A DNA stretch of 64,000 nucleotides from Antedon mediterranea. Its lineage: Eukaryota; Animalia; Echinodermata. This document shows, piece after piece, positions 27,301-41,754 of this stretch; positions within the stretch are counted from its first letter, which is position 1; the number at the start of each line of letters is the position of its first letter. The notes beneath the pieces are model-generated. The model ran no database searches and was not told the DNA's origin. It saw only the letters and a list, made by a program, of their open reading frames with translations. The stretch covers positions 26,102,001 to 26,166,000 of the forward strand of contig NC_092674.1 in the NCBI RefSeq assembly GCF_964355755.1. Reading direction: 5' to 3'. Made by a program: the position numbers and the translations under genes.

Positions 27301-30300
27301 ATACACCCGGAACCGAATATATAAGAACCGCAAAAAGTACAATGATGGCAGCAAAACATAGACTTTCTGCCACGCAAGCCCCAAGAGACGTTTATACTGA
27401 TCTCTTGTTAAATGAAAGCAACGCTAATCCTAGAGACATGAAACAGATACGAAATATAAAATATAGTATGAAAAGGAAAGAAAAGGGACATCATGCAGGA
27501 CAGAATACAGCAGACGAAATACAAACGATCTTGACGAAGCTTACTGACAATGAATTTGTCAAGAAAGTATACGCTGTAGGTGACAAACCACCAAGTGTAG
27601 TTCTTTATACAGAAGATCAAATAAGTGACATGAAGAGATTTTGTTGTGGGCCGGTAGAAAAATCTATTGTTGGAGTAGACCGGACTTTCAACCTGGGTGG
27701 TTGTTTTCTAACCTTAACTGTATTCAAACACCGGTTAATGCGTCGAACAACCACTAATGAACACCCGATATTTATTGGACCTATGTTCTTGCACTGGGAT
27801 GGGTTATATGAGACCTTTCTAGATTTCTTTGTGCATCTAAAAGGGAAGTTAAATTCAAGAGATTTTGAGTCTGAAGTGCATCTGGCCGATGACATAATTA
27901 TTGGTTCTGACCAAGAGAAAGCGCTGGTAAAGGCAATAAAGTTTTGTTTTCCTTCGTCCCATCACATATTATGCACACGGCATATAAAAGAAAACATCAT
28001 ACAATTCCTGAGGGACAAAGAAGGGGTTAGCAAAGAACAACGAAATAGGATAGTGAATATGATTTGCGGAGAATTACTCAATAGCGAAAATGACAGAGAA
28101 TTTGAGGCGAAAGCTCTAGATATAGAAATCTACTTAAACCAATTAGCCCCTGGTTTCTTAAACCATTTTAGAAATACACTTCTACCCACTATAAAAGAAA
28201 AAGTGTTCTCTCCGCGCCGAAAAGAAACGGTAATTCCAAAAAAATGGACAAACAATAATTGTGAAAGTATTAATCACATATTGAAATTGGCAATTAATTG
28301 GCAACCAAAAAAACTACCGGAACTTGTTGACATCCTGCAGAAAGTTGTACAGCTGCAGTACGCTGATGTTCGACAAGCACTACACGGACAGGGGAATTAT
28401 TATATTGTAGACAAAAAAATCGTGGTAGCGCATGCGATATGGGCTGGGAAACAAGATGACGAAAGAAATCGTCTATACTCCAAGTTCATGAGAGTTCAAC
28501 TAAACGCAAACATTTCAAAAACTTCAATATCATCCACTGACGGAAAATTGAAAATTAAAAAAAAAATCATCTGGAACAGCAAAAAAACCAGGCCAAAGAA
28601 AACGACCGCGATCAAGCTAGACTCGTTCGAAAATCGGAAAGAGTAATTAGTATTTGATTACAGCCTTACCATTTACATATTATATTATTTTGTGCATAAT
28701 TCTCTTCAATTCTCTGTCATTTTCGCTATTGCTTTTATTCCAAATTAATAATCGCTTTTATTAATCTTAATTTTAATTCATTTAATTACATCATCGGTCA
28801 GACTCAAAATCTCTCTTATCTTCCCTTTAAGAAATCTAGAAAGGTCTCTCATAACCCATCTCAGTGCAATAAATTTCGGGTGTTCTACGCATTGTTTGTC
28901 TTCTGTATTTTTTCCCGGATGTCCCTTTTCTTTTTTCCATGATATTCCTTACTTTATATTTCGTATCTGCTTCATGTCCCTAGGATTAGGAATTTCTTCC
29001 ATTTAACAGTAAAAAGGAAGGCAATGATTTATTGAGTTATATAACCATAGGCCTATTTCATATATTATAAATAACTATTCTTTTCTTGATTTAAATACCA
29101 TAGGAGATCAGTTAAACTGTACTGCCGGTAATAATGTACTATAGATACAATGTAACGATAATGTGATGATATGATATTCTATAGGTGGTCCTACACGGTC
29201 TAAACTAATTATAATACTGAACACGTTTTAATATTTAAATAACAATACAAGTATATAAACAAAATAATTAATGTTATTTATCACTGTAGTTATTTTTAGT
29301 GTGATTATGTTTCAACTTCATTGTATATGAAAAAAGCAACACAACTTTACAATTTTAATTTAAAAATCTAAAATATTGGCGCGTTCTTACTGTATACCTT
29401 TTACAATTTTTTTCATTGATATTGATACAATCTGTAAGGCTAGTATTAGTTGTAGGCCTTACTGTAGTGTTAAACATAATTATTTGATTTTCTTGAATTT
29501 GATTAATTTGTAGAAATGTTAGTGCTGAGGGTTGGCACGATCTTTGTTGTTACTGTTATTTTGTATCATTTATTGTTGGTTATTGTAGAAAGTACCTTAT
29601 ACTTACGGTCTAAACGTTAATAATTATAATTAGCCTATAATTAATTATATATAAATTGAGGGAGTGCTGTTCCGCCGTACCAGGCCCAGAGTGTTAAAAA
29701 GTCGCTATCCAGTTTGAACATGAAAGCCCCAGTGCTCGAATGTTCAGGACATCTGCATATGAAGCAGAAGGTTCCGGGTTCGAATCTTTTTTTTTTCATT
29801 ATCACAGATGTCCTCATCTTATCGTGTCAAATTAATTAATTAATTAAATTTAAGTATATCACCGGGCGGTTTAAAATAAATGTTCTTTGTCTGTTGTGTT
29901 TATATAGATATAATTATATCAATTTATTTATATTTATTTATACAGTACAGTATATAATATTAATGTTATCATGAAAAATAAGCATGAACGAGTATTTTGG
30001 ATTGGAATGATCTGTGCCAAATAAATGGACAATTTAAAAGTTCTGAAACAGATAATGCGGTGTTTTTTTTTTATATATATATGTATAATTTATGAAAATA
30101 GTGTAATGGGATAAATTGGCCAAAAGGGGTGACTTGGTGCGTACGTGCCTACAAAAAAAATATATTGATTAAAATTAATAATAATATTACAGTATTGTAA
30201 ATATTTATTTTTTTAGACCTCGATTAACTACAGCAAGAATGGCCGCCTATATTTTATTATTATTTTAACCATAATCTGACTGCGCCCTCTATACAAAGAT

Positions 30301-30689
30301 GTTTACTTGTGGCGTTTGACGATCGACTTTGACACAAATCACATTTAATTTATTTGTTACTAGCCTATCTGTTGTTTTTTCCGGTAAATAGTCATTTTTT
30401 TTGGTATTTTCCGGTTTCTTTTGGTATTTTTTTGTTTTTTTCCGGTATTTTTTGGTTTTTTCCGGTGTTTTTTGGTTTTTTCCGGTTTTTAGGCGGACCG
30501 GGGGAAACTGAAAGTTCACCCACTGAGATAGCGGTAACTGGCTGGGCCTAGAATAGGCCAGATAGAAATCTATTTTAAATTTCAACCTGACGATCGATTA
30601 AAAGGAAAACTGTATAGCATGTTCAGAAAAAATATTACACCTAAAATGATATTAGGTTTTATTCATCTTACCTGTGCCTCCATTGCCAT
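15319..30689 (-). CDS. PLRG1: Pleiotropic regulator 1 (Prp46, WD40 NTC spliceosome subunit). Coding exons 30672-30689, 22953-23062, 22602-22726, 22409-22474, 21727-21823, 21425-21506, 20787-20996, 19970-20302, 19586-19704, 18961-19100, 18368-18561, 15319-15378
   Basis: [19 protein letters not shown]; [26 protein letters not shown]; [18 protein letters not shown]; [14 protein letters not shown]; [26 protein letters not shown]. Junctions GT-AG. Exon 1 (MAMEAQ|gtaag) is inferred from phase and promoter position. Confidence 0.95.
15784..16382. mobile_element. ~600-bp non-autonomous TIR element
   Basis: Inverted termini AGCGGGCATGTATA / TATACATGCCCGCT; no clean TSD seen. Confidence 0.5.
16862..18157 (+). 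mobile_element. 5'-truncated L1/Tx1-like LINE (C-terminal ORF2 with zf-RVT region) in the last PLRG1 intron, antisense to host
   Basis: ORFs 16900.. and 17409..17993 ([13 protein letters not shown]......CSF....[10 protein letters not shown]....IW); AATAAA plus poly(A) at ~18133-18158; TSD ATTATATAATAAAA (16848-16861 / 18158-18171). Interrupted by an insertion at 17162-17328. Confidence 0.85.
19309..19481 (+). mobile_element. 173-bp insertion headed by a minimal hammerhead ribozyme (Penelope-like repeat / retrozyme monomer)
   Basis: Flanked by the 11-bp direct repeat TATATAACACA (19298-19308, 19482-19492). Contains CTGATGA-ag-GGCTA gtgt TGGCC-GAAA-GCTC. Confidence 0.65.
20465..20752. mobile_element. 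Kolobok-like MITE
   Basis: TIR AGATGTATTGTCC...GGACAATACATCT, flanked by TAAA/TTAA; related end near 15562. Confidence 0.55.
21109..21146. mobile_element. 38-bp perfect hairpin with 7-bp TSD (P-superfamily micro-element or footprint)
   Basis: TTGTAAG-CATAGAGATATTATAG tgaact CTATAATATCTCTATG-TTGTAAG. Confidence 0.7.
21549..21664. mobile_element. AGCTCTGTCTACACTATCAAAC MITE family (Harbinger-like). Further copies at ~384-505, 32789-32934, 34085-34210, 34651-34811, 36219-36355, 36537-36665, 42990-43105, 45857-45930, 46284-46438
   Basis: Shared TIR AGCTCTGTCTACACTATCAAAC / GTTTGATAGTGTAGACAGAGCT, core gtgatgtgcccatatatggtagtgatatgacatcatc, and TWA flanks (TAA/TAA at the 32789 copy). Confidence 0.8.
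23127..23908. mobile_element. Non-autonomous TIR element with TGT...ACA ends and TATA TSD (Ginger-like), rich in TTGCGCAA palindromes
   Basis: TIR TGTTATGCGCGATTTGAACGATTTGCGCAA at both ends; TATA at 23123-23126 and 23909-23912. Confidence 0.75.
24836..28646 (+). CDS. MULE transposase, spliced. Exons approx. 24836-24935, 25125-25229, 25335-25457, 25670-25782, 25969-26238, 26548-28646; start exon uncertain; probable frameshift in the A-run at ~28557-28566
   Basis: MULE DDE core: [10 protein letters not shown] (D1), GSDQEKAL (D2), LCTRH (CxxH), [10 protein letters not shown] (E). Upstream phase-1 exons encode an acidic/basic low-complexity N-terminus. Confidence 0.85.
29726..29796 (+). other. 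3'-truncated tRNA-like Pol III unit (A box, B box, T-run) inside the MULE
   Basis: GCCCCAGTGCTCGAATG...TCTGC-ATATGAA-GCAGA (anticodon-like arm), AGGTT, CCGGGTTCGAATC, then T10. No 3' acceptor strand. Confidence 0.5.
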
Positions 30690-30940
30690 AGTTTTAGGCA
30701 AATAAAAAAGAAGATAAAACGCACGCTCGACGACGACGAACGAGAGGCCAAACAAAAATTGAACTATGAACTCAACTCCAAAGACTTGCCGCCGTGACGT
30801 AATAGTTGCCTAGCTGACTGTAAACTGACGGAATCTACAACGTTGATGGTTTCTAGTAACTCCGCTGAAAAACACTATAATTTTCGCATTTAATATATAT
30901 AATAACTTCAAAGTCAAGTTTTGTTCTGTAGATAAATATC
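30690..30940. promoter_or_regulatory. Bidirectional promoter PLRG1 / kinesin
   Basis: About 250 bp between divergent ATGs; CpG-enriched, with a CGTGACGT (CRE-like) motif near 30794. Confidence 0.6.
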
Positions 30941-33900
30941 ATGGTAACCATAAATTTGTATTGTATGGTTATAATGTACAATTTAGATAGGTTTGCTACC
31001 CTTGTTTTGGGATCACCTAAATTTTGTAGTAGTAGTAGTAGTAGGTAGGCCAACTGATGATGACTGTTGTTGTAGTCTCCTATTAAAAAAGCAGGATTTT
31101 AGGCCTAGGCCCCTGGGCCCTCTAGTGGTTAGGAATAGTAGGGTCCAGGGATGATAATTAACATTCAGGTAGCCTAGAAGACACCTAGGTTCATCCCAGA
31201 CCTTTTCCAAGTCTAGTAGTTTTGACATCCAGGATAATTAATAAACCTTTGAGTTTGAGTCTTACACTTTATTAAGATGGTGGTCAAATACAGTAACTTT
31301 CTAGCCAAAGCCCTACTTGAAACTATATTCACTATTTTTGTTGGTTTTATTTTATTTATTTTCAGTCTAAAGCAGTTGGAGTTAAAGTTGTTGCAAGGTG
31401 CCGGCCATTTACAGACACAGAAAATGGAAAAGGAGCAACAAGAATCATCAAGATGAGTGGTGACAAGACAACAGTACAAAGTCCACAGGGAGGATCTGGA
31501 CAGGTACAGCAGAAGTAGTATTAAAGACATTGTGTACAGTAGACCTAGTTACTGTGTAAATTGGGTCTGTCTGATAGACCAACTGACAGAAATATTTTTG
31601 TGTCATTGAATCTCCAAATGCTGTCAAACATATTGTATTGTAGTTTGAAATTAAAATTTAATTTTTACTTTTGCAGGAAAATACATTTGCACTGAGCTCA
31701 AGTTATTTCTGGGATGCTAAATCAGTAAGTAAAGTAGTAAACACACACATTTAAGGTTCTGGGTTCTCATACTAACTCTAGCTCAATACCCACATTTTTT
31801 TCATAGCTAAAACTGTATTATTACCATAAATAATAATAAATTAAAATAATTTTATGTTATTCCTTCATTTTCGTAGATTCAGATTTATAAAGAAGAATGT
31901 GAACCATTGTTAAAAGAAGCGCTTTCAGGATACAACGTAACGATCATCGCATCCGGTCAGACCGGTAGCGGCAAAACTCACCTCTTGTCGGGAACAGATG
32001 ATGACCCTGGAATGGTGCCGATGGTATATTATTGTTCCCTCAAGATTCAAGAAATTTTATTTGTCCACTTTAAAATGGAAATTTGTTTTGCTTGGAATAA
32101 TCAAATCAAATTTCAAAAGACAATGTTAAAATACTATTTATAGGCCTATGTTAAAATACTGTTTAAAAACTATTAGAAAACGCCATAGGCCCTGTTAAAT
32201 GCGCACCCAAAATTACAATTTACAAAACAGTATTCTACACCACAGACTTAATCCAAACACAATGGATGGATGTGTAATATTATAGCAGTATGTAGATAAA
32301 TACAGTAGGTATTCATTTTTTTTTATTTCAGTTGATAAGAAGTCTTTTCAAGCATTTAAACTCGGATTCTAAGAAAGATAGTTTTGTGACAGCTTCATTT
32401 CTAGAGGTAAAGTTGTTATAAAATACATTATTATTTTTATTTTCGGTTACACTTTACTGTATTCTGTAATGTTACTATTATTTCAATCTAAATGTCCAAA
32501 ACATCTTTACAGATTATGGATGAAAACATGACTGACCTTTTGAATCCTCATGGCAATGAGATGAAAATAAGACAACATCCACAAGTTGGAATGTAAGTTA
32601 CTTTACACCATTAGTAACCAATAATTGTAATTACGTAAACCCATTGGCCTCTGTTCGAGGTTTTACGGTAACCTTTTTAAAAAATTCAACTATTTATGTG
32701 TGGATGTACTACCTACCTACTGTAACATGATGCAGGGTTAGGAAGTCCATACACATTTTTTTGAGATTTTTTAGAGGTCTGACACTAAAGCTCTGTGTGC
32801 ATTATCAAACTATTTTGTCAAAAAAAAGTGTGATGTGCCCATATAATGGTAGTGATATATCCAAGTGGTATAACATCATCATGTCCATATATGGGCACAT
32901 CAGTCACATAAAGTTTGATGGTGTAGACAGAGCTTAAGACAAAGAAATTTACATTAATATTATTTCCTTTTTCTTTACAGATTTGTTGATGGTTTGTCTG
33001 AAATAGTTGCTACAAGTAGTGATGAGCTGACAGAGTTGTACAATCAAGGAAACAAAGCTAGAAAGATGGGCACATCAGATATCAGAGCTCATCGACAAAG
33101 GTGAAGAAATAGAAAATGTTTAGTGTTTAATATAGGCCTACATTTAATTTGCAGTTTTTAATATTAAAGAATGCCCCATGATAATGTTGGCCGATTTCTT
33201 ATCATTGCACCATAAATCTATCTTATAAAAAAATTGTAAATGATAATTAATCTTCAGAGCTCATGGTTTCTTCACTATCACCGTAGAACAACGTGAAGAG
33301 AATAGCACGCATTGTTTGAGAAGCAAGATTTTATTTGTTGATCTCGCTGGTAAGTTTTAAGTTTGCAATGAAACAATATAGAATTCACAATATTCAACTT
33401 TACAAACTATTTGTTTTTTACTACTATTATATTTATTTAAATTGTTTTTTAATTTTTAGGCTCTGAGGGTGTACAAAGCAAGGACTTAAGGTATTCATTC
33501 ATTCATCTTTTTATTTCTGAATACCATGATTACATAATCCATAACTAATAAAGAAGTTTAATCAAAGAAATCATTGTGCAGTCAACATAAAAGAAAAGTT
33601 AAGGTTGTACAGGATAACAGACAGAATATGTAGAAGTCAACACAAGGCATTCCACTATAATGACCAATTTCGGTGCAACATTTACATGAAGCAACAACAA
33701 AAATCGCTTTATAATAGATTTACAGTATTAACCAAGTTAAAAATTAAAGGCTACAAAATCAGTTAATATAAAGTAGGTTTTTTTTTAGGCTTTGAAAATT
33801 AATTTTATGTTTTATCCCTCTAGCCTCAGTGCTTTGAACAGAGTTATAACAACACTCGGTGACCCACGAAAGAAGGGAGGTCATGTGCCCTACAGAGACT

Positions 33901-36900
33901 CCAAAATGACAAGACTCTTACAGGTGAATAACAGAACACATTCATTCCAATGTGTTAACTTTTTTTTTTCAATTCAATTCTAAAGACATTTATTTATGTC
34001 TATAGACAAATAGTAAAAATAAAACATGACAAATTGAGATGTAAAATGATGGGACTCAGAATTTACTTGAATTCTTTGCTTTAAATCTCTGTCTACACTA
34101 TCAAACTAGTTAAATGATAAAAAAAAGTGTGATGTGTCCATATATGGTAGTGATATGACATCATCATGTCCATTTTTTGTCACATAAAGTTTGATAGTGT
34201 AGACAGAGCTTCAGTATATAAATCTCAATTTATGGTTTTTCAGGATTCACTGGGTGGAAATGCCAAAACATTGTTGTTTGCCGTTGTATCCCCTGCTGAC
34301 ACAAACTACAATGAAACAATTGCCACGCTTCAAATGGCTCAAACAAGTCACAACATCTCCAACAATGCAAAGAAGAATGCTGTAAGTTAAACTGGATTTA
34401 AAATCAACATATAGGTTGTCAGAAATCATTGTAAAAGGGAAGAGGTTTGTTGTAAATGAAGGGGGTTGCTTACAAGGTGTTACTGAATCATAATATCCAA
34501 GGTTTACAAATGGGTACCTGGTAAGGTCAAGACACAACTGTACGCTGATTACTAGCTGCATTATGGGAGCATGTTTCCATACGTGTTTGATCAAAAAATT
34601 ACCAGTGTGATAATACAGTATATACAGCGCTTAGAGGTTTCACAGCATAAAGCCTTGTCTACACTATCAAACTTTATGTGTCAAAAAAGTTTGATGTGCC
34701 TATATATGGTAGTGCTATGCTTAAATATGGTAGTGATATGACATCATCATGTCCATATATGGGCACATCACATTTTTTTGACACATAATGTTTGATAGTG
34801 TAGACAGAGCTTTAGGTGCTTTATAAATCAAACTTTTGCATCACAGTCAAATTTTACTCCTTTATTTCTGAAGGATGACAGCACAAAAATGCTTAATGAG
34901 CTGCGAGATGAAATATCCCGTCTGAGAGAGAAGTTGGCCACCAGTAATTTGAATGAAGCCGGAAGCAAAGAAGATGTTACAAGGATGCAGGTACGATTTG
35001 GGGTGCAGCCTACCCGATTCTTAGTGCTGTATCTCCACACATGTCAATATTTATCCATGGAAGGTTAGGTTAAGAGTTAGCGTCTATGATACAGGCCTCG
35101 CAAAAATTTCCTATGAGAATGAAATTTAGACAGTACAGGGGTGTGGAGTTTAAGATCTCGAGTGTTAGAGTTTAAGATGAATACTTGAATCAAAGCTGGA
35201 AGCAAATAATCTAGTTTATGAAAGGAAATCTACTAATAATTTCAATAACATGGAGGCAAATGCCTTTTTGGAATCAGCTAGATGATTGCAAATAAAATAT
35301 CAAATTTGTTGTATTCTGCTCAGTTTCAAAAACAAAGTACAAACAAAATCTCTAAGGAATGTACCAACTCCTATCTCTCTCTCTCCGACATGCTTTCCAC
35401 GATTTGTTTCCATACTTTTCTGTTTTGTGCAGGATGGTTTGTTATTTTGTTAAAGTTCAACTCCTTTAACAAATCATAACATGTGATAATAAACACAATC
35501 AATTTCTTTTTCCTCGTTTAGGAACTTATCAAAGACCTGCAGATAGCAAAGAAGCAAACATGGGAAGAAAAAGAAAGGTTGTCCATACAATACGAAGATG
35601 ACAGGAAAGTGAACCTTGCAAATAAGGTAGTCATTCTTTTAATACCTTTCGTAATCAAAGGCAGATTATGTCTGAAAAAAACCAAAGGTTTCCAATAATG
35701 TATTATTTAATTTTGTAGGGTATCTTGCAATATGTGATGGGAGACAGCATGAGGAAAGGGAATAATGAAGTCCAAGAAAAACTGCTTCTTATGCAGAAGG
35801 AAAAAGACCAGGTATTATTCAATTTTAAGTTGATTTGATTTAAAAGAAGGTTCACACAATTACATTTCATTTTCATTTCCCTGAAACATTGCTTGTTCCA
35901 GTGCCTCCTGTGAAATGCATTGCGATTCAAATAAAATCACAGCCCTTGGTTTAGGCTAGAAAATTAGTTACTACAATCCGAGAATGATTTTGCTCACTAT
36001 TGTTTTTACTGAATGTAATACTAAATATGGAAACTGTATGATATATTTTAGTTACAGGAAGAATACAAAGAAAAACGGAAGCTGGTGGATACTATGAAAG
36101 AAAACCTGCAGATTAAGATTGTAGATTACACTAAAATAGCAGAGAAAGGTAAGGCACATGTAATGCAATGCATCACATCATAATAGTACAACTTTGCAAG
36201 TAACAACTTGGGACCTATAGCCCTATCTACACTATCAAACTAGTTTGACAAACAAATTGTGATGTGCCCAAATATGGTAGTGATATGACATCATCGTGAC
36301 CATTATGGGCACATCACATTTTTGTTACATAACGTTTGATAGTGTACGCAGAGCTTTGATGAACACCTAATGTGTTGTTAGTCACTACAGTAAAAATACC
36401 AAAATGAATGGCTATGCAAGGGTACTCACCTGAAGCAGCTGCGAAATGGCAGTTGATTCAATCTAAGAGAGAATGACATAACTGTGCTATGAAATTAAAC
36501 GATAAAGCATGTCCTAAAACTGCTACATTCTCTTAAGCTCTGTCTACATTATCAAACAAAAAATGTAATGTGCCCATACATGGACATGATGATGTCATAT
36601 CACTACCATATTTTAGCATATCACTACCATATTTGGGCACATCACCCTTTATTTTGATAGTAGTAAAAGTACAAAATGATTATTTCTTCACATTTTTAGA
36701 CAACAAAGGAAATGAGGCAGAAACCAAAGCTAAAGTTAGCGCAATCCATGAACTTAAGGAAAAAATCAAGAAAGAAAGTGAAGTGGTGAAAGATGTAAAG
36801 AAAAGGCTAAAAGAACTGCAAGACAAACAAAAGAGAGAGAAAGAAGTAAATACATGAACCATTCTCATAAAAAGAAATAAAAATACAAATATGTTTCTGT

Positions 36901-38331
36901 TTGTTCACTTGGAAGCTTTCAATTTGCAAAATCCTATGATATTGTGTCATAGGTCACAGCATGACATAACTATTTCCTAGCAGTTACAGGTCATCCAAGA
37001 CAAGTAGAAAGAACTACATACCAAGCTGTATACAACCATTGGCACTAACTCAAATTATTTTAATTTAATTTTTGTAGGAACTACGAGCCCAAAACAGAGA
37101 TTTGCAATCAAATCCTAAGATGAGAGCTATGGTAATGGAAGAAGAACGAAAGAGATTGGAAATTGAGAATACCGCCCTCTTGAAAGAAGAACTGGAACGA
37201 ATGAAGCTAGAAGTGGACCAGCAAAGAGCAGAAATACAAGTAGATGATTATTATGACGTTTACCTCAAATATAAATTTTGTAGAAATAAAGATGCTTACA
37301 TCTGAAAACCAGAAACTCTCCCAAAACCAGACTTTTTTCGAGGGCCAAAATCTTTTTTACCATTAAAAACACGTTCCGAATACCAGACTTTCTGGAAAAC
37401 CAGACATATTCAAGCAAAACTCCTTGGCTACTAGCGACTGCTTTGAGAAGTGTAGTATCTTATGATGCAAATATGTCCACCTGTAGAGTGTGTATAAATA
37501 ACTGAATTCTATTTACTCTTTAGATGAAAGTGGCACAGGGTAAAACATACACCACAGACGAAGCCATGCACCTTGAAATAGATTTGATGAAAGAGCGAGA
37601 GGAGAGGAGTGTAGTGGCAAGACAACTTGAGGGCCTAGACCTAGAGAAGAATGTCGTACAACAAGAACTTGATGAGGCTTATCAGAAACATTCAGAAGAA
37701 CTGGAAATACAACAACTACAACATTTTCAAGTGAGAAAGAAATATTATGCCAAATACTATTATGAATAAACTATTGGAACCACTTATACATTGGCATTAT
37801 GGTGTCGATATAAGTTAACACTTCATCTTTTAATGATGGAATTCCTACAGAATTCACTTACTACTATCTAATTTTCATTCATTTTAATATTTTTACATCT
37901 TCAGCATTGAGAATTCTGTGAAATCCTTGAAACTCTACCAACTTTACGCCAATTTATTTCCCCCTCAGACATTTCGCAACTACCGCGAAGTTTTTGAAGA
38001 ACAGAAAGCAGCATTGGAACAGCGTTTCCGCGGTCTTTTGGAAGATGCGATTCAAGATGCCGTGTTCCTTTCAACACGAAACTCTGAACTTGTACAGGAA
38101 AACCAGGCATTACGCCAAGGTAGGCTAACACAACAAAAATAATTTTTTGGTTACAATTCTATCAGTACCAATAACTGTGGTTACATGTTGCAATTATATC
38201 CGTGTAGCAATGGTATAATATATTATTTTTTTAGAAATTTTTTTTTTTTAGAAATTGCTGAGTATAAAGATAAGCTGTCAATCAAAGGTGCTGGGGCAGG
38301 GAGTCGACCTGGTTCAGGAATAGCTAAATAA
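30941..38331 (+). CDS. Atypical N-terminal-motor kinesin with coiled-coil tail. Exons 30941-30943, 31366-31503, 31677-31724, 31877-32023, 32332-32406, 32513-32592, 32981-33100, 33258-33349, 33460-33490, 33824-33923, 34244-34381, 34874-34990, 35522-35626, 35719-35811, 36052-36148, 36700-36845, 37078-37239, 37524-37730, 37969-38119, 38252-38331
   Basis: [26 protein letters not shown] (P-loop), [35 protein letters not shown]; kinesin-3-like neck (L.ELRDEI.RL ... TWEEK). All junctions GT-AG and in phase. Confidence 0.9.
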
Positions 38332-39260
38332 ATATCGACTGTATTGAGTGGGAGTGATCGCATTTGAATCAACAAGCCCAATTAAAAATAGACTGAAAGT
38401 CATGTAGACACAATTAACGATCATGCAAAAGAATATTAATGGTTTTAAATTATTCTCACTTGATTTGAAACTTGTTGGTCTTCATAGAGGAAATGCATAA
38501 AATGTTTTTTTCTATTAATGAATGATAGTACTTAGTATTTGGCAAGTTAGTTTTTTTAAGTAGAAATATATATTTTTAAAGTAATATTCCACACAAAGCA
38601 CACCATTTCACATGTAATTTGATTCAATGTACAGGATTCAAAATAAATTGATAATTAAAATTTTTCTGTATAAATTAAACTTTGTATATATAGACGCCTT
38701 GATATTTATTCATCGATAAGCATTTCAGAAATTATATTTATATCGTATCAAAAGACAAGCCTTCAATTTGTTTATTAATTTCATGTGATATACTAATTAA
38801 ATTATACAAAATCATTCATTATAAATCATGTATTGAATTAAATCATATTAAAATACTTTATGTAGTAGGGAATTTTTTGTTGTAAGTTTGTTTTGACATT
38901 TTTACCTTTTAGTTTAGCATACACATTTTAATTTTTTTTTCTGTTTTCTTGTTTCATACAAACAATATTTTTGGATAGAAATGTTCATTTTGCATTCAAT
39001 GTTTTTAACACTTGTAGAAATTATTTTTTTCTATCATAAAAATTTAGATATTAAATTATTATAAACAAATTGATTTTTTCTCTGCAGAAATAAAACATTT
39101 AATAAAATTGTAGACAAATGAAAGTATATAAAAACGAAATAAAACACGAAACAAAATATATTCTTTGTCAATAGTTTATTTATTCATTCAAACCATTTTG
39201 ATGTTAAATGGTCATTAACAGTTTGTTATATTTCTTTGTCTGTGCAATGGTGTTATTTCT

Positions 39261-41754
<2,494 letters not shown>

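Larger units (their letters stand above)
24235..30500 (+). mobile_element. Full-length Mutator/MULE DNA transposon (~6.27 kb) in PLRG1 intron 1
   Basis: ~120-130-bp TIRs (GGTCCGCCTAAAAACCGGAAAAAACC... / ...GGTTTTTTCCGGTTTTTAGGCGGACC); 8-bp TSD GGGGAAAC (24227-24234, 30501-30508); internal transposase gene. Confidence 0.92.

Noticed and set aside
29726-29796. Functional tRNA gene
   Set aside because: The 3' T-stem and acceptor strand are missing; kept only as a tRNA-like cassette.
31050-31085. Second hammerhead-like core CTGATGA-T-GACT...AGTC
   Set aside because: Not followed by GAAA; no stem III.
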